From Balanoglossus misakiensis (taxonomy: Eukaryota; Animalia; Hemichordata): a stretch of 64,000 nucleotides of DNA. A model generated the notes under the pieces. The model ran no database searches. It had not been told where the DNA came from and saw only the letters and a program-made list of their open reading frames with translations. The stretch lies in assembly GCA_040954595.2 (NCBI GenBank), contig CM082582.2:3208303-3272302 (forward strand). Reading direction: 5' to 3'. Positions 1 to 11,529 of the stretch are shown in pieces. Numbering within the stretch: the stretch's first letter is position 1; every line of letters begins with the position of its first letter. Both the position numbers and the translations under genes were made by a program.

Positions 1-3000
1 TGCACCAACATCTCCAATTTTATTATGACTAAGATCCAGGTGTATCAGCTCAGTCATTTTCCCCATCCCTTTACCTAAACTCTCTGCACCAACATCTCCA
101 ATGTTATTATGACTAAGATCCAGGTGTCTCAGCTCAGTCATATTCCCCATCCCTTTACTTAAACTCTCTACACCAACATCTCCTATGTTATTATGACTAA
201 GATCCAGGTGTCTCAGATCAGTCATATTCTCAATCCCTTTACTTAAACTCTCTGCACCAACATCTCCAATTTTATTATGACTAAGATCCAGGTGTATCAG
301 CTCAGTCATTTTCCCCATCCCTTTACCTAAACTCTCTGCACCAACATCTCCAATGTTATTATGACTAAGATCCAGGTGTCTCAGCTCAGTCATATTCCCC
401 ATCCCTAATTTACTTAAACTCTCTGCACCAACATCTCCTATGTTATTATGACTAAGATCCAGGTGTCTCAGCTCAGTCATATTCACCATCCCTTTACTTA
501 AACTCTCTGCACCAACATCTCCAATTTTATTATGACTAAGATCCAGGTGTCTCAGCTCAGTCATTTTCCCCATCCCTTTACCTAAACTCTCTGCACCAAC
601 ATCTCCAATGTTATTATGACTAAGATCCAGGTGTCTCAGCTCAGTCATATTCCCCATCCCTTTACTTAAACTCTCTGCACCAACATTTCCAATGTTATTA
701 TGACTAAGATCAAGGTGTCTCAGCCCAGTCATATTCCCCATCCCTTTACTTAAACTCTCTGCACCAACATCTCCAATGTTATTATGACTAAGATCCAGGT
801 GTATCATCCCAGTCATATTCTCCATCCCTCTACTTAAACTCTCTGCACCAACATCTCCAATGTTATTATGACTAAGATCCAGGTGTTCCAGCAAAGTCAT
901 ATTCTCCATCCCTTTACTTAAACTCTCTGCACCAACATCTCCAATTTTATTATGACTAAGATCCAGGTGTCTCAGCTCAATCATTTTCCCCATCCCTTTA
1001 CCTAAACTCTCTGCACCAACATCTCCAATTTTATTATGACTAAGATCCAGGTGTTCCAGCCAAGTCATATTCTCCATCCCTCTACTTAAACTCTCTGCAC
1101 CAACATCTCCAATGTTATTATGACTAAGATCCAGGTGTCTCAGCTCAGTCATTTTCCCCATCCCTTTACCTAAACTCTCTGCACCAACATCTCCAATTTT
1201 ATTATGACTAAGATCCAGGTGTCTCAGCTCAGTCATTTTCCCCATCCCTTTACCTAAACTCTCTGCACCAACATCTCCGATATTATTATGACTAAGATCC
1301 AGGTGTCTCAGCCAAGTCATTTTCCCCATCCCTTTACTTAAACTCTCTGCACCAACATCTCCGATATTATTATGACTAAGATCCAAGTATCTCAGCCAAG
1401 TCATTTTCCCCATCCCTTTACTTAAACTCTCTGTACCAACATCTCCGATATTATTATGACTAAGATCCAGGTGTCTCAGCCAAGTCATTTTCCCCATCCC
1501 TTTACTTAAACTCTCTGCACCAACATCTCCGATATTATTATGACTAAGATCCAAGTGTCTCAGCCAAGTCATTTTCCCCATCCCTTTACTTAAACTCTCT
1601 GCACCAAAATCTCCGATATTATTATGACTAAGATCCAAGTGTCTCAGCTCATACATATATTGCATGCGCATCCCTTTACTTAAACTCTCTGTACCAACAT
1701 CTCCGATATTATTATGACTAAGATCCAAGTGTCTCAGCTCATACATATATTGCATGCGCATCCCTTTACTTAAACTCTCTGTACCAACATCTCCGATATT
1801 ATTATGACTAAGATCCAAGTGTCTCAGCTCATACATATATTGCATTCGCATCCCTTTACTTAAACTCTCTGTACCAACATCTCCGATATTATTATGACTA
1901 AGATCCAGGTGTCTCAGCTCAGTCATATTCTCAATCCCTTTACTTAAACTCTCTGCACCAACATCTACGATATTATTATGACTAAGATCCAAGTGTCTCA
2001 GCCAAGTCATTTTCCCCATCCCTTTACTTAAACTCTCTGCACCAACATCTCTGATATTATTATGACTAAGATCCAAGTGTCTCAGCCAAGTCATTTTCCC
2101 CATCCCTTTACTTAAACTCTCAGCACCAACATCTCCAATGTTATTATGACTAAGATCCAAGTGTCTCAGCCAAGTCATTTTCCCCATCCCTTTACTTAAA
2201 CTCTCTGCACCAACATCTCCGATATTATTATGACTAAGATCCAGGTGTCTTAGCCAAGTCATATTCTCCATCCCTTTACTTAAACTCTCTGTACCAACAT
2301 CTCCGATATTATTATGACTAAGATCCTGGTGTCTCAGCTCAGTCATTTTCCCCATCCCTTTACCTAAACTCTCTGCGCCAACATCTCCAATGTCATTATG
2401 ACTAAGATCCAGGTGTCTCAGCTCAGACATATTCCCCATCCCTTTACTTAAATTCTCTGTACCAACATCTCCTATGTTATTATGACTAAGATCCAGGTGT
2501 CTCAGCTCAGTCATATTCTCCATCCCTTTACTTAAACTCTCTGCACCAACATCTCCAATTTTATTATGACTAAGATCCAGGTGTCTCAGCCCAGTCATTT
2601 TCCCCATCCCTTTACCTAAACTCTCTGCACCAACATCTCCAATGTTATTATGACTAAGATCCAGGTGTCTCAGCTCAGTCATATTCCCCATCCCTTTACT
2701 TAAACTCTCTGCACCAACAACTCCAATGTTATTATGACTAAGATCCAGGTGTCTCAGCTCAGTCATATTCCCCATCCCTCTACTTAATCTCTTTGCACCA
2801 ACATCTCCAATGTTATTATGACTAAGATCCAGGTGTCTCAGCTCAGTCATATTCCCCATCCCTTTACTTAAACTCTCTGCACCAACAACTCCAATGTTAT
2901 TATGACTAAGATCCAGGTGTTCCAGCAAAGTCATATTCTCCATCCCTTTACTTAAACTCTCTGCACCAACATCTCCAATTTTATTATGACTAAGATCCAG

Positions 3001-4150
3001 GTGTCTCAGCTCAATCATTTTCCCCATCCCTTTACCTAAACTCTCTGCACCAACATCTCCAATTTTATTATGACTAAGATCCAGGTGTCTCAGCTCAGTC
3101 ATATTCCCCATCCCTTTACTTAAACTCTCTGCACCAACATCTCCAATGTTATTATGACTAAGATCTAGGTATCTCAGCCCAGACATATTCTCCATCCCTC
3201 TACTTAAACTCTCTGCACCAACATCTCCAATGTTATTATGACTAAGATCCAGGTGTTCCAGCCAAGTCATATTCTCCATACCTTTACTTAAACTCTCTGC
3301 ACCAACATCTCCAATGTTATTATGACTAAGATCCAGGTGTATCAGCTCAGTCATTTTCCCCATCCCTTTACCTAAACTCTCTGCACCAACATCTCCAATG
3401 TTATTATGACTAAGATCTAGGTGTCTCAGCCCAGTCATATTCTCCATCCCTCTACTTAAACTCTCTGCACCAACATCTCCAATGTTATTATGACTAAGAT
3501 CCAGGTGTTCCAGCCAAGTCATATTCTCCATCCCTTTACTTAAACTCTCTGCACCAACATCTCCAATGTTATTATGACTAAAATCCAGGTGTATCAGCTC
3601 AGTCATTTTCCCCATCCCTTTACCTAAACTCTCTGCACCAACATCTTCAATGTTATTATGACTAAGATCCAGGTGTATCAGCTCAGTCATTTTCCCCATC
3701 CCTTTACCTAAACTCTCTGCACCAACATCTCCTATGTTATTATGACTAAGATCCAGGTGTCTCAGCTCAGTCATATTCTCCATCCCTTTACTTAAACTCT
3801 CTGCACCAACATCTCCAATGTTATTATGACTAAGATCCACGTGTCTTAGCCCAGTCATATTCCCCATCCCTTTACTTAAACTCTCTGCACCAACATCTCC
3901 AATGTTATTATGACTAAGATCCACGTGTCCCAGCCCAGTCATATTCCCCATCCCTTTACTGAAACTCTCTGCACCAACATTTCCAATGTTATTATGACTA
4001 AGATCCAGGTGCATCAGCCAAGTCATATTCTCCATCCCTCTACTTAAACTCTCTGCACCAACATCTCCAATGTTATTATGACTAAGATCTAGGTGTCTCA
4101 GCCTAGTCATATTCTCCATCCCTTTACTTAAACTCTCTGCACCAACATCC
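1..4150 (-). repeat. Coding 84-bp minisatellite (~49 units) encoding 28-aa ribonuclease-inhibitor-type LRRs
   Basis: Unit tgcaccaacatctccaat[g/t]ttattatgactaagatccaggtgtctcagctcagtcatattccccatccctttacttaaactctc. Its reverse complement reads ESLSKGMGNMTELRHLDLSHNNIGDVGA. Three 90-bp variants at ~1600-1870 and one 87-bp variant at ~405 all keep the frame. Confidence 0.95.
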
Positions 4151-7100
4151 CCAAAATGACAACCACTAAGTTTCAGAGTTTGTATAAATGAAAGAATACT
4201 TAATCCTTTACAGAAGTCTTCAAATTCAGCCTGACTCCACTGCTTACTTACTTCCAGATTTCTACACTCTTTGACAACTTTGTTTATGAATATTAATTTA
4301 TCTAGAGTGAGACTGTCATCATCTAAATTGACATCATGAAAGTATATCTGCAGTGCCTGGGGAATGTGTGGTAGGATGTACTTTAGGCCTCTGATTTCAT
4401 TGCCAGCAACATTGACAATTTGTATTTGATTCTGTGGCACAATGTTCAACAAACCAACTATTCCTCTCAAACTGATACCTGTGTTACTAAAATTAACATC
4501 AGTGAGATATTTCAGTATATGCAGTTTCCCACCCATGTACTTTATGCCATCATCTCCTATGTTATTTGAACTGACGTCTAAATGTCTCAGAAACAACAGA
4601 TGCTCAAAACTATCAGCAACAACTTTAGAATTATCAGAAGTAAAACCAGACTCTGTAATAACTAAATGTTTTAAGTTCTTGAAGAAAAACAAATTTAAAC
4701 ATAGCAAGTTGGTAATTTCAGGAGATAAACTTGAAACATGTATTTGTTCTACAGAGTTTCCTTTCTTCTGCAAATTGAAAATGTCACCCACAGTTTTGAA
4801 GTGACACTTCACATGGGATTTGAAATCTCCAACCTGGTTTGCAATCTGTTCACACTCTAACAACCTTTCAAGACTTTCTTCCACCCCATTATTCTCCAAC
4901 AGAACATTGAATTCATCAACCAATGGTAACAATGCCATACACCCAAGGGAACCTAACTTGTTGTTTGAGACATCTAGATCCTTCAGAAATGGAAAAGATT
5001 TGACAGCTCTCAAAAGTACATCAATAAAGGTGTATTCTAAATCATTATGTGGCAACTCCAACTGTCTTACTTTTAATGAAATCTTTTCATTTACCATCCT
5101 TTCAAAAACCTTTGTGATAAACACATTATTAAATCCAGTGAAATGGAGTGATTTCAACAGAGGCAGTGATCCCAATGCTTTGACAAGTGCCTGAATTGTT
5201 TCATGACCAACATCCTGAAAGTTGTCATCAACCGCTTCAATAGTCACACTTCTCAGACTGACCTCACTATGACCTCTGACAGATTTATGTGAGTGAGCCA
5301 TTAAGAGTTGATGGAATGTGATATATCTAGTGACCACAGTCAACTCAGTTGAGTTTTTCACTTGAAATTTGACAGTTGATGATGGATTTTCAATCATTAC
5401 ATTCAGGTGTTTGTTGAACTCCTCTGAAAGGTATGCCCTTTCCTTATCACTTGTCAAATTGATTTTCTGAACAATAGTTGTGTTCTTTAAAATAAATGAT
5501 ACTTCACCTAAACTTTGCAGAGAGACTCTATTTAAATCAACGGCTGACAGATCTAATGGCTGTCGTTTTAACAAATGCTCAATAATTACTGTAAACTTTT
5601 CTGGACATTTTGTTTCATGAAGGCAACCAGCAAGTAGTGCAAAATAGTCATACCTTACTGGATATGACTTTCTTAAACATTTTGAGAGTACTTTGAAGAA
5701 AAATGTATCCTTGTTCTTACCCACAAAAGATCTAAAACGCAAAGCAAGTGGTACTCTGAAGGAAAGTGTTGTTTTATCCTTCATCATACTTGACAAAAAA
5801 TACAGAGCAATAGGCATGGACATCAAAATGGTCTGAATTCTATTCTGTTCCAAGAATAAATTTTTGTTATTCTTCAAATACACAGCAACTGCATAAAAGT
5901 ATATATACCGGCTCAAGAAGTGATAATTATGTTTCTTTTTACCCCTTTGAAAACTATAGTACTCGTATCTTACTCGACTTTTTCTTACCAAATTAAAGAA
6001 ATACTTCTCTTCATGACTGCTGTCAAACCAATGGTCCACAATTGTGTCTTTTTGACTTTTAAGAAATTCTTGTTGCCCAATTTCACAAAGCCTGTTCTGC
6101 ACTACATGCCAGACATTCTCTATCTTAAGTTGATGTTCCCTACAGTACATCTCTACATGATGTTTAATTGCATATTCAGTTGCCTCTGTCAAAGTTGATG
6201 GTAAAGTGTAACAATTCTCATACCAGTAAGACACAAGAGAAGGAAAGAAAAATTCTTCTGATCTTAATTCACCCACAATTGGATGAAATCTGGACTGCTG
6301 TATCAAATACTTAGCTTGGCTGTTCTCTTCTACATGATCTAGTACATATCTCTCCCATTCATTGCATGCAACAGTTCTCACCCAGGTCTTCTCAGGGATG
6401 GTGTAGACAGCAGACATATCTGATAGAAACAAAAAAAATTGTCTACATGTAATTATGCTCAATATATTCAACAGACATAATACACACAAAGATGTTGTTT
6501 GGCCTGCACTCTTAATTAAGTGTCATTCAGTGACATAACTACATGTAGTTAAGAACATTGTCAACAGTAGAAGGTCAGTGAAATCTTGATCAATTTTATC
6601 CATTTCAGCAGTAGTCAATGAAAATGAAATTCAGTGAGCACAGAAAATGTATGTCTGCCTTGAGGCAGCTTAGATACATTGCTGTCCTCAAGGCAGATTG
6701 GTAGATATACATTATGCAATGCTGTATATAAGCATATATGAATATGTGAAAAGTATGAATGATGCATTATCAAATTGTGCAGACTTAAATACTCACCATG
6801 AAGTATGTGTTTGACAGTCTCATACTCGGATTCAACGATCTTCATTCTGATTCTGACAACACATCCAGCTTTCTCTGCTAGGGATATCATCTCCGATGTT
6901 ATTAGGATACCACTCAGCATTTCATCAACTTCTCCAGCTTTGTATTTCTGCCAGAAATAATCAATGTCTTCCTCCGAAAGGAAGCTTAGTAAGAACCACA
7001 AAGAGCTTTGCACAACTCCATCAAGTCTTGCTTTGTACTTTTCAAAGGCTTCATCTAACTGTTCTATTAGATCTGGGTCATCTCTGTCCATGATTTTCTT

Positions 7101-9777
7101 TATCTGACGTTCATACATTGCTGTTATTTGATTTAATAAAATTTCCTTCTCCTTGATCTTAATCTCTGCTTCCCTGTCTTTCTGTTTCAGTTCAAATTTC
7201 AAGTTTATTATCTTTTGTTTAGCTTCATGCTCAATCCTTTTCTGTTCTGTTTCATGGTCCATCTTTTTCTGTTCCGTTTCAAGCTCCATCTTTTTCTGTT
7301 CCGTTTCAAGCTCCTTTTTCTTGTATTCTGTTTCCACTCTCATCTTTTCCATCTCCATCTTCATCTTTTTTTCTTCAAATTCCAGATTTACTTCACAATG
7401 AACAGCTATGGGTTGAATAAACAATGAAACAGAAATAATTGTCAGCTGGATGATGACTTTTGCTGCCAGACTTTTATGCTACAAGTGAAATGATCAAGAT
7501 ATAAACCACTGATCAAATTATATTTTATCTCCCAAATGAGTAATAGAATTTCATCCTACATCAAGTGCCACTGTGGTTTAATATCAAAACATGCAACTGA
7601 CCACATCCCTAAGCCATCCGTCATCTTTGATATTTGGGACAGGATTAGATAAAATGTCTGCTGGGTAAATGTCCAGGGGGTGACTGTCCTAGAAACTTGA
7701 GTGTTCAGGATATATTATTGATAGATGATGGGAAAGGAAGATTCTGTGAAATCATGAAAGAGTACAAGACAGGAAACATAACTTACTTGGCATCAATGGC
7801 CTTTTCCGTTGTATCAACTTTGATTTGTGAGTTTCACTTGTTGGTTTCTCATCTGAAACAACAGGAGATGCTGGACTGCCTGTAAGAGAAACGATTCAAT
7901 TTTTAAAATGACAGCAGTTCATGGTGAAAAAGAGTGTGTATTTTTAACACTACTGGTCCAATCAAAGAAAGCAATCAAACTGTACTTACCAAGGTTTTGT
8001 GGCTGGGGTGAGAGTGACTGGGAAGAACAGGCATATTCAAAACCTCTTACACCTTCATCAGTTAAAGGACTCCTTACATTATGGGTTGGTGATTTGGGAC
8101 TTACCGTGATCACTAGAGAATAGAAAAATAAAGTTTAATGACTGACAGTTGCATTTAAAATCTTATAACGAGATTACCAGTAATAAAAATATGAAGTGTT
8201 AAAAATTACATATTGCAGGGGACAAAGGCCAGTTTTCATTTCTGTATTTCATGAACATTTGTTTCTGTAATTAGTTTAATCTTTAGGAGCCTGCAACTTA
8301 TAAAATAAATTGTACTTACTCGGGTTTTCTTGTTTGGGTGAGAGTGACTGGGAAGGCTGGCCATCTTCAAAAGTTGCAAAACCTTCACGAGTTGAGGGAG
8401 TCTTTCCATTCTGAACTGGTGATTGAGGTGTTGGAACTGGAAGAAAGAAGCCAAAAATCAATGACTAAAATTCGTAATCTCACGTCTTGTAATAAAACGA
8501 ATGAGATTATGAAAATTTACACTATTGGAAGGAAACTAACACATTTTGTTTTGGGATTGTGTGTGGAAAAGGAAATACTTACTTTGTGCAGGCTGTGTAC
8601 TTGGGACCTCTTTGAAACAAGCTCTGAACTTTTCATGACTGTCAGAAATCTCTGTGTGACTGAGATACATATTCTTCAAACATGTCGCCGTGGGTATTGC
8701 ATGTGTTGCTCTCAACATCTTATTGATCTGTTTTGATAAACACCCATCAACAGAAGGATCATACATGAAGTACTTAGCTTCATGGCCTAGATATGTGTTC
8801 ATGAAAGCTGCTAAGGCAGTTCGTTCCGGAACTAACACAGGTAGTCCTGCAGCAATGGATCGTAATCCCTCCATCCTGAATGGCTCATCAGGTGGTATAA
8901 TACAGACATTACTCTGACGTAAATCTCTGTAAATATCATCTTGAGAGCCGTATGAGGGATAAATGTTTGGTTTTATGTGCAGACAATTTAAGTTGCGTGT
9001 AAGAAGAGTATTTGTGTTAGCAACATCAGCTTCCGGGGGAGTACGTACACACCACAATGGAACCGTCACGTGCATAGAGTTGAATGTACCAGCTGTTTTT
9101 CCAACTTCAGCTGCCAGTGTTTTATATCGTGGGGATTCCACGGCTGTATCAGATATCACAGTCAGGATTTGTTTCAAGGCACTTGTTTTTTCTATTTGAT
9201 CCACATTAACATCAAAGTATTCTTTCTCTGGTCTCGGAAGATACAATTCATGTCTTACAGGAACTTCAGTTGTTTGGTAGAATTTCTTGTAATGTTCAAA
9301 GACATCTGGTCCAACAGAGAAAACTGCAGATGCCTCCTCAGCAAATTTGATGTTATTGTCTTGTACTTCAACTGATGGGATGGTGTGATTGATGAGGATA
9401 ATCTTAGCATCTTTGAAATATCGTTTCCTCAAAACATTTGCAACCAGGAGCTTTGCTGAAGGCTTGACATGTTCCACAATGAATTCCACATTTTGTAACT
9501 CTGTGAGGGTTGTAAAGTAGGCCTCTGGTACAAGAATCCATTTTGGAACTGGCTCATCTTTTCCAAAGACATCCTCGAGTTCGTCTCTCAAACTTGGAAG
9601 TATCAACTCAACTCCACAATCAGCTGCATCTCTCCTTTCTTCGTCACTTGCCTCCAAAACAACACAGCATGTTTTATGTTGTCTGTCTTCGGCTACACTG
9701 CTGGCAAGTTGACAGTTGAGGGCAGATACAGTGTCCTTAACACGATTCCACTTTTCAGCCAAGAATACGGTAGTCAT
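1..9777 (-). CDS. Giant NLR-like protein: GT4 glycosyltransferase-like + coiled coil + TRADD-N-like + NLR helical domains + >50 RI-like LRRs (3' end beyond window)
   Basis: Hand-spliced exons 9777-8583, 8436-8320, 8112-7990, 7879-7787, 7405-6797 and 6419-<1, all GT/AG and all phase 1. This gives 8556 nt = 2852 codons; I found no stop when reading the frame. Motifs: TTVFLAEKW...DEPFRMEGLRSIAAGLPVLV (GT-B); SSLWFLLSFLSEEDIDYFWQKYKAGEVDEMLSGILIT (TRADD-N-like); YHFLSRYIYFYAVAVYL, ALYFLSSMM and GCLHE (winged-helix/HD2-like); LRHLDLSHNNIGDVGAESLSKGM repeats. Confidence 0.85.
6797..7405 (-). CDS. Exon encoding heptad coiled coil plus TRADD-N-like domain
   Basis: 21-bp tandem repeats at ~7230-7340 encode (ETEQKKM/ELETEQK)n. 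They are followed by a SSLWF...FWQKYKAGEVDEMLSGILIT...RMKIVESEYE segment that resembles the TRADD-like_N family as I recall it. Confidence 0.7.
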
Positions 9778-9791
9778 TTTGGTGATTTGAC
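8583..9791 (-). CDS. Exon encoding GT4 (GT-B fold) glycosyltransferase-like domain of the GT4-conflict type
   Basis: Acceptor ttccag at 9792, ATG at 9777, donor gtaagt at 8582. Motifs VFLAEKW, CVVLEASDEERRDAADCGVELILP, IILINHTIP, AVFSVGP and CIIPPDEPFRMEGLRSIAAGLPVLVP are typical of GT domains fused to invertebrate NLR-type and repeat proteins. Confidence 0.8.
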
Positions 9792-10317
9792 CTGGAAAGT
9801 AAGAAAATCTCTTAAGGTAGGAACAAAAACAGACAGCAAGACAATACATCAAAATTTGCATATTCATAAAAAAATTAAAACATTATGACCAACCCTATGC
9901 TATTTCATTATGGTTACAGAGAACTGTATTCGACACTTGGATGAAAGCACTGCATGTATTCTGTTGATGAAACTTTATGGCCACACCCTTTATAAAGTTC
10001 GTGATTGCATTAACTTTTTTCTAAATATATAAAAGTTCAGAAACTTCCGTCATCTGTGCGACTACAATAAATTTTTAGACTGACAGATTCAGTCGAGTGC
10101 CTTTGACTAGGTCAGGTGAGAGACCCCCCCCCCCCCGCACACACACACGAGTTTTTCATTACAAAATTTATTTGTAAATATTTTACCACAATGCTAGAAA
10201 TTTCAAAATTCTGTTTGCGCGTAATTCGCCTAGTTCAACCATGGAGGCGGTACCTCTTGCTTTCAACTTCCCAAAACCACCGTTTAAACGCGGGTTTCGT
10301 TTGGAGTAATTACTCAC

Positions 10318-10645
10318 ATGACTCAGAGGCGATTATTATAAATCATTTTCTGGACCGCGTCCGTACGTGTTGTACCAGTCGAATTTTCTTTGAAGTGTAC
10401 CGACTTTGAACACAAAAATCTAATACTTCGAAATTTCATTGCGACGTCTGCTTATCGCATCAATTTTCTAGAACACACTATAATACGAATTATGATACCA
10501 ATTTTCCTCAAACGAAACGTGTGTTGTCAAAAACGAAAATTTAATACGAGGAAATAGCGAGGCTTTTGTGACCCCAAATGACCTCTTTCCACCTGTTTGC
10601 CTGTTGCAAAGAAGATTTACCGGCTTAGTTTTCGGAAATTCCTCA
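10318..10645 (-). promoter_or_regulatory. Putative non-coding first exon and promoter of the NLR-like gene
   Basis: Minus-strand donor gtgagta at 10317-10311, AP-1 heptamer TGACTCA at 10319-10325, kB-like GGAAATTCC at 10634-10642, and local CpG enrichment. Confidence 0.3.
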
Positions 10646-11529
10646 AGATTTTGACTGAACACATTCCTTGACCACTTACTTACACAACATGTCCAGATAT
10701 AATAAAGAATAAACCAGAATATACACTTACTTGCATTTGTAAAGTGGACGAAAAACAACCAACTTCAGATAAGCGACATATATGGTCAAAGGATACTACC
10801 AGCTTACGCCCTCTACGGTCTTGAACCTAACGACACTCCCCTTAGCTTGGAATTTATATGAGATCGACTACGTCAACAAAGCATCTCTACAGAAATATCC
10901 AACGTACTGCGCCAGTTTTTGAAAGAAAACTACATTTAATTGTGCGTCGGCTTTCTCATGTTTGAAAATCTGAAACCAAGGGCGATGATTTAGAACGAGA
11001 AAGAACATATACCGGTACTTTTACACCGTTTCGTGCTCATATGTCAAGTATGAATCATTTTATCTATCCATCTTGATATGCATCTCATTTCTTTTTTGCT
11101 TGTTGCTTATCTGTCTGTCTGTCCGTCCGTCTATCTATATGTCTGTCTATCGATTCATCTGGCAGGAACAAATTATGAGAGTTAATAATTTTGGAAAAAT
11201 GACAAGTTGACTATGGCATCAAAAAGGGCTAAAATTAACTTTATTGCCTATCCAAGTAAAACACGTGTTTTTATATATGTACATAGTTAACATGATTAAA
11301 CAGTAACATCACCTATTGACTAGTCAATCCATACGCATTTTCATTAATGTTCATGTCTGTTGCAAGTCATACCCATTCATTAATGTATCAAAATGAGAAA
11401 ATAGACTGGATTGAGAACACAATAGTACCTCCTGGCAGACTTTGTTTGCTAGCTTTAACCTTGAGTGCATGCTGGTTGGGCCCGACCACCAACCAGGGTA
11501 CGAGGGCAGAACCCTGAATGAATGTTAGT

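Noticed and set aside
1-4150. CRISPR array or non-coding satellite
   Set aside because: No unique spacers; the context is eukaryotic; the units translate to in-frame LRRs contiguous with upstream coding sequence.
4442-6198. Plus-strand ORFs of 92-124 aa
   Set aside because: Antisense shadows of the large minus-strand exon.
7640-7690. Possible extra exon of the NLR-like gene
   Set aside because: The phase-1 reading hits TAA within 15 codons and no good donor is present.
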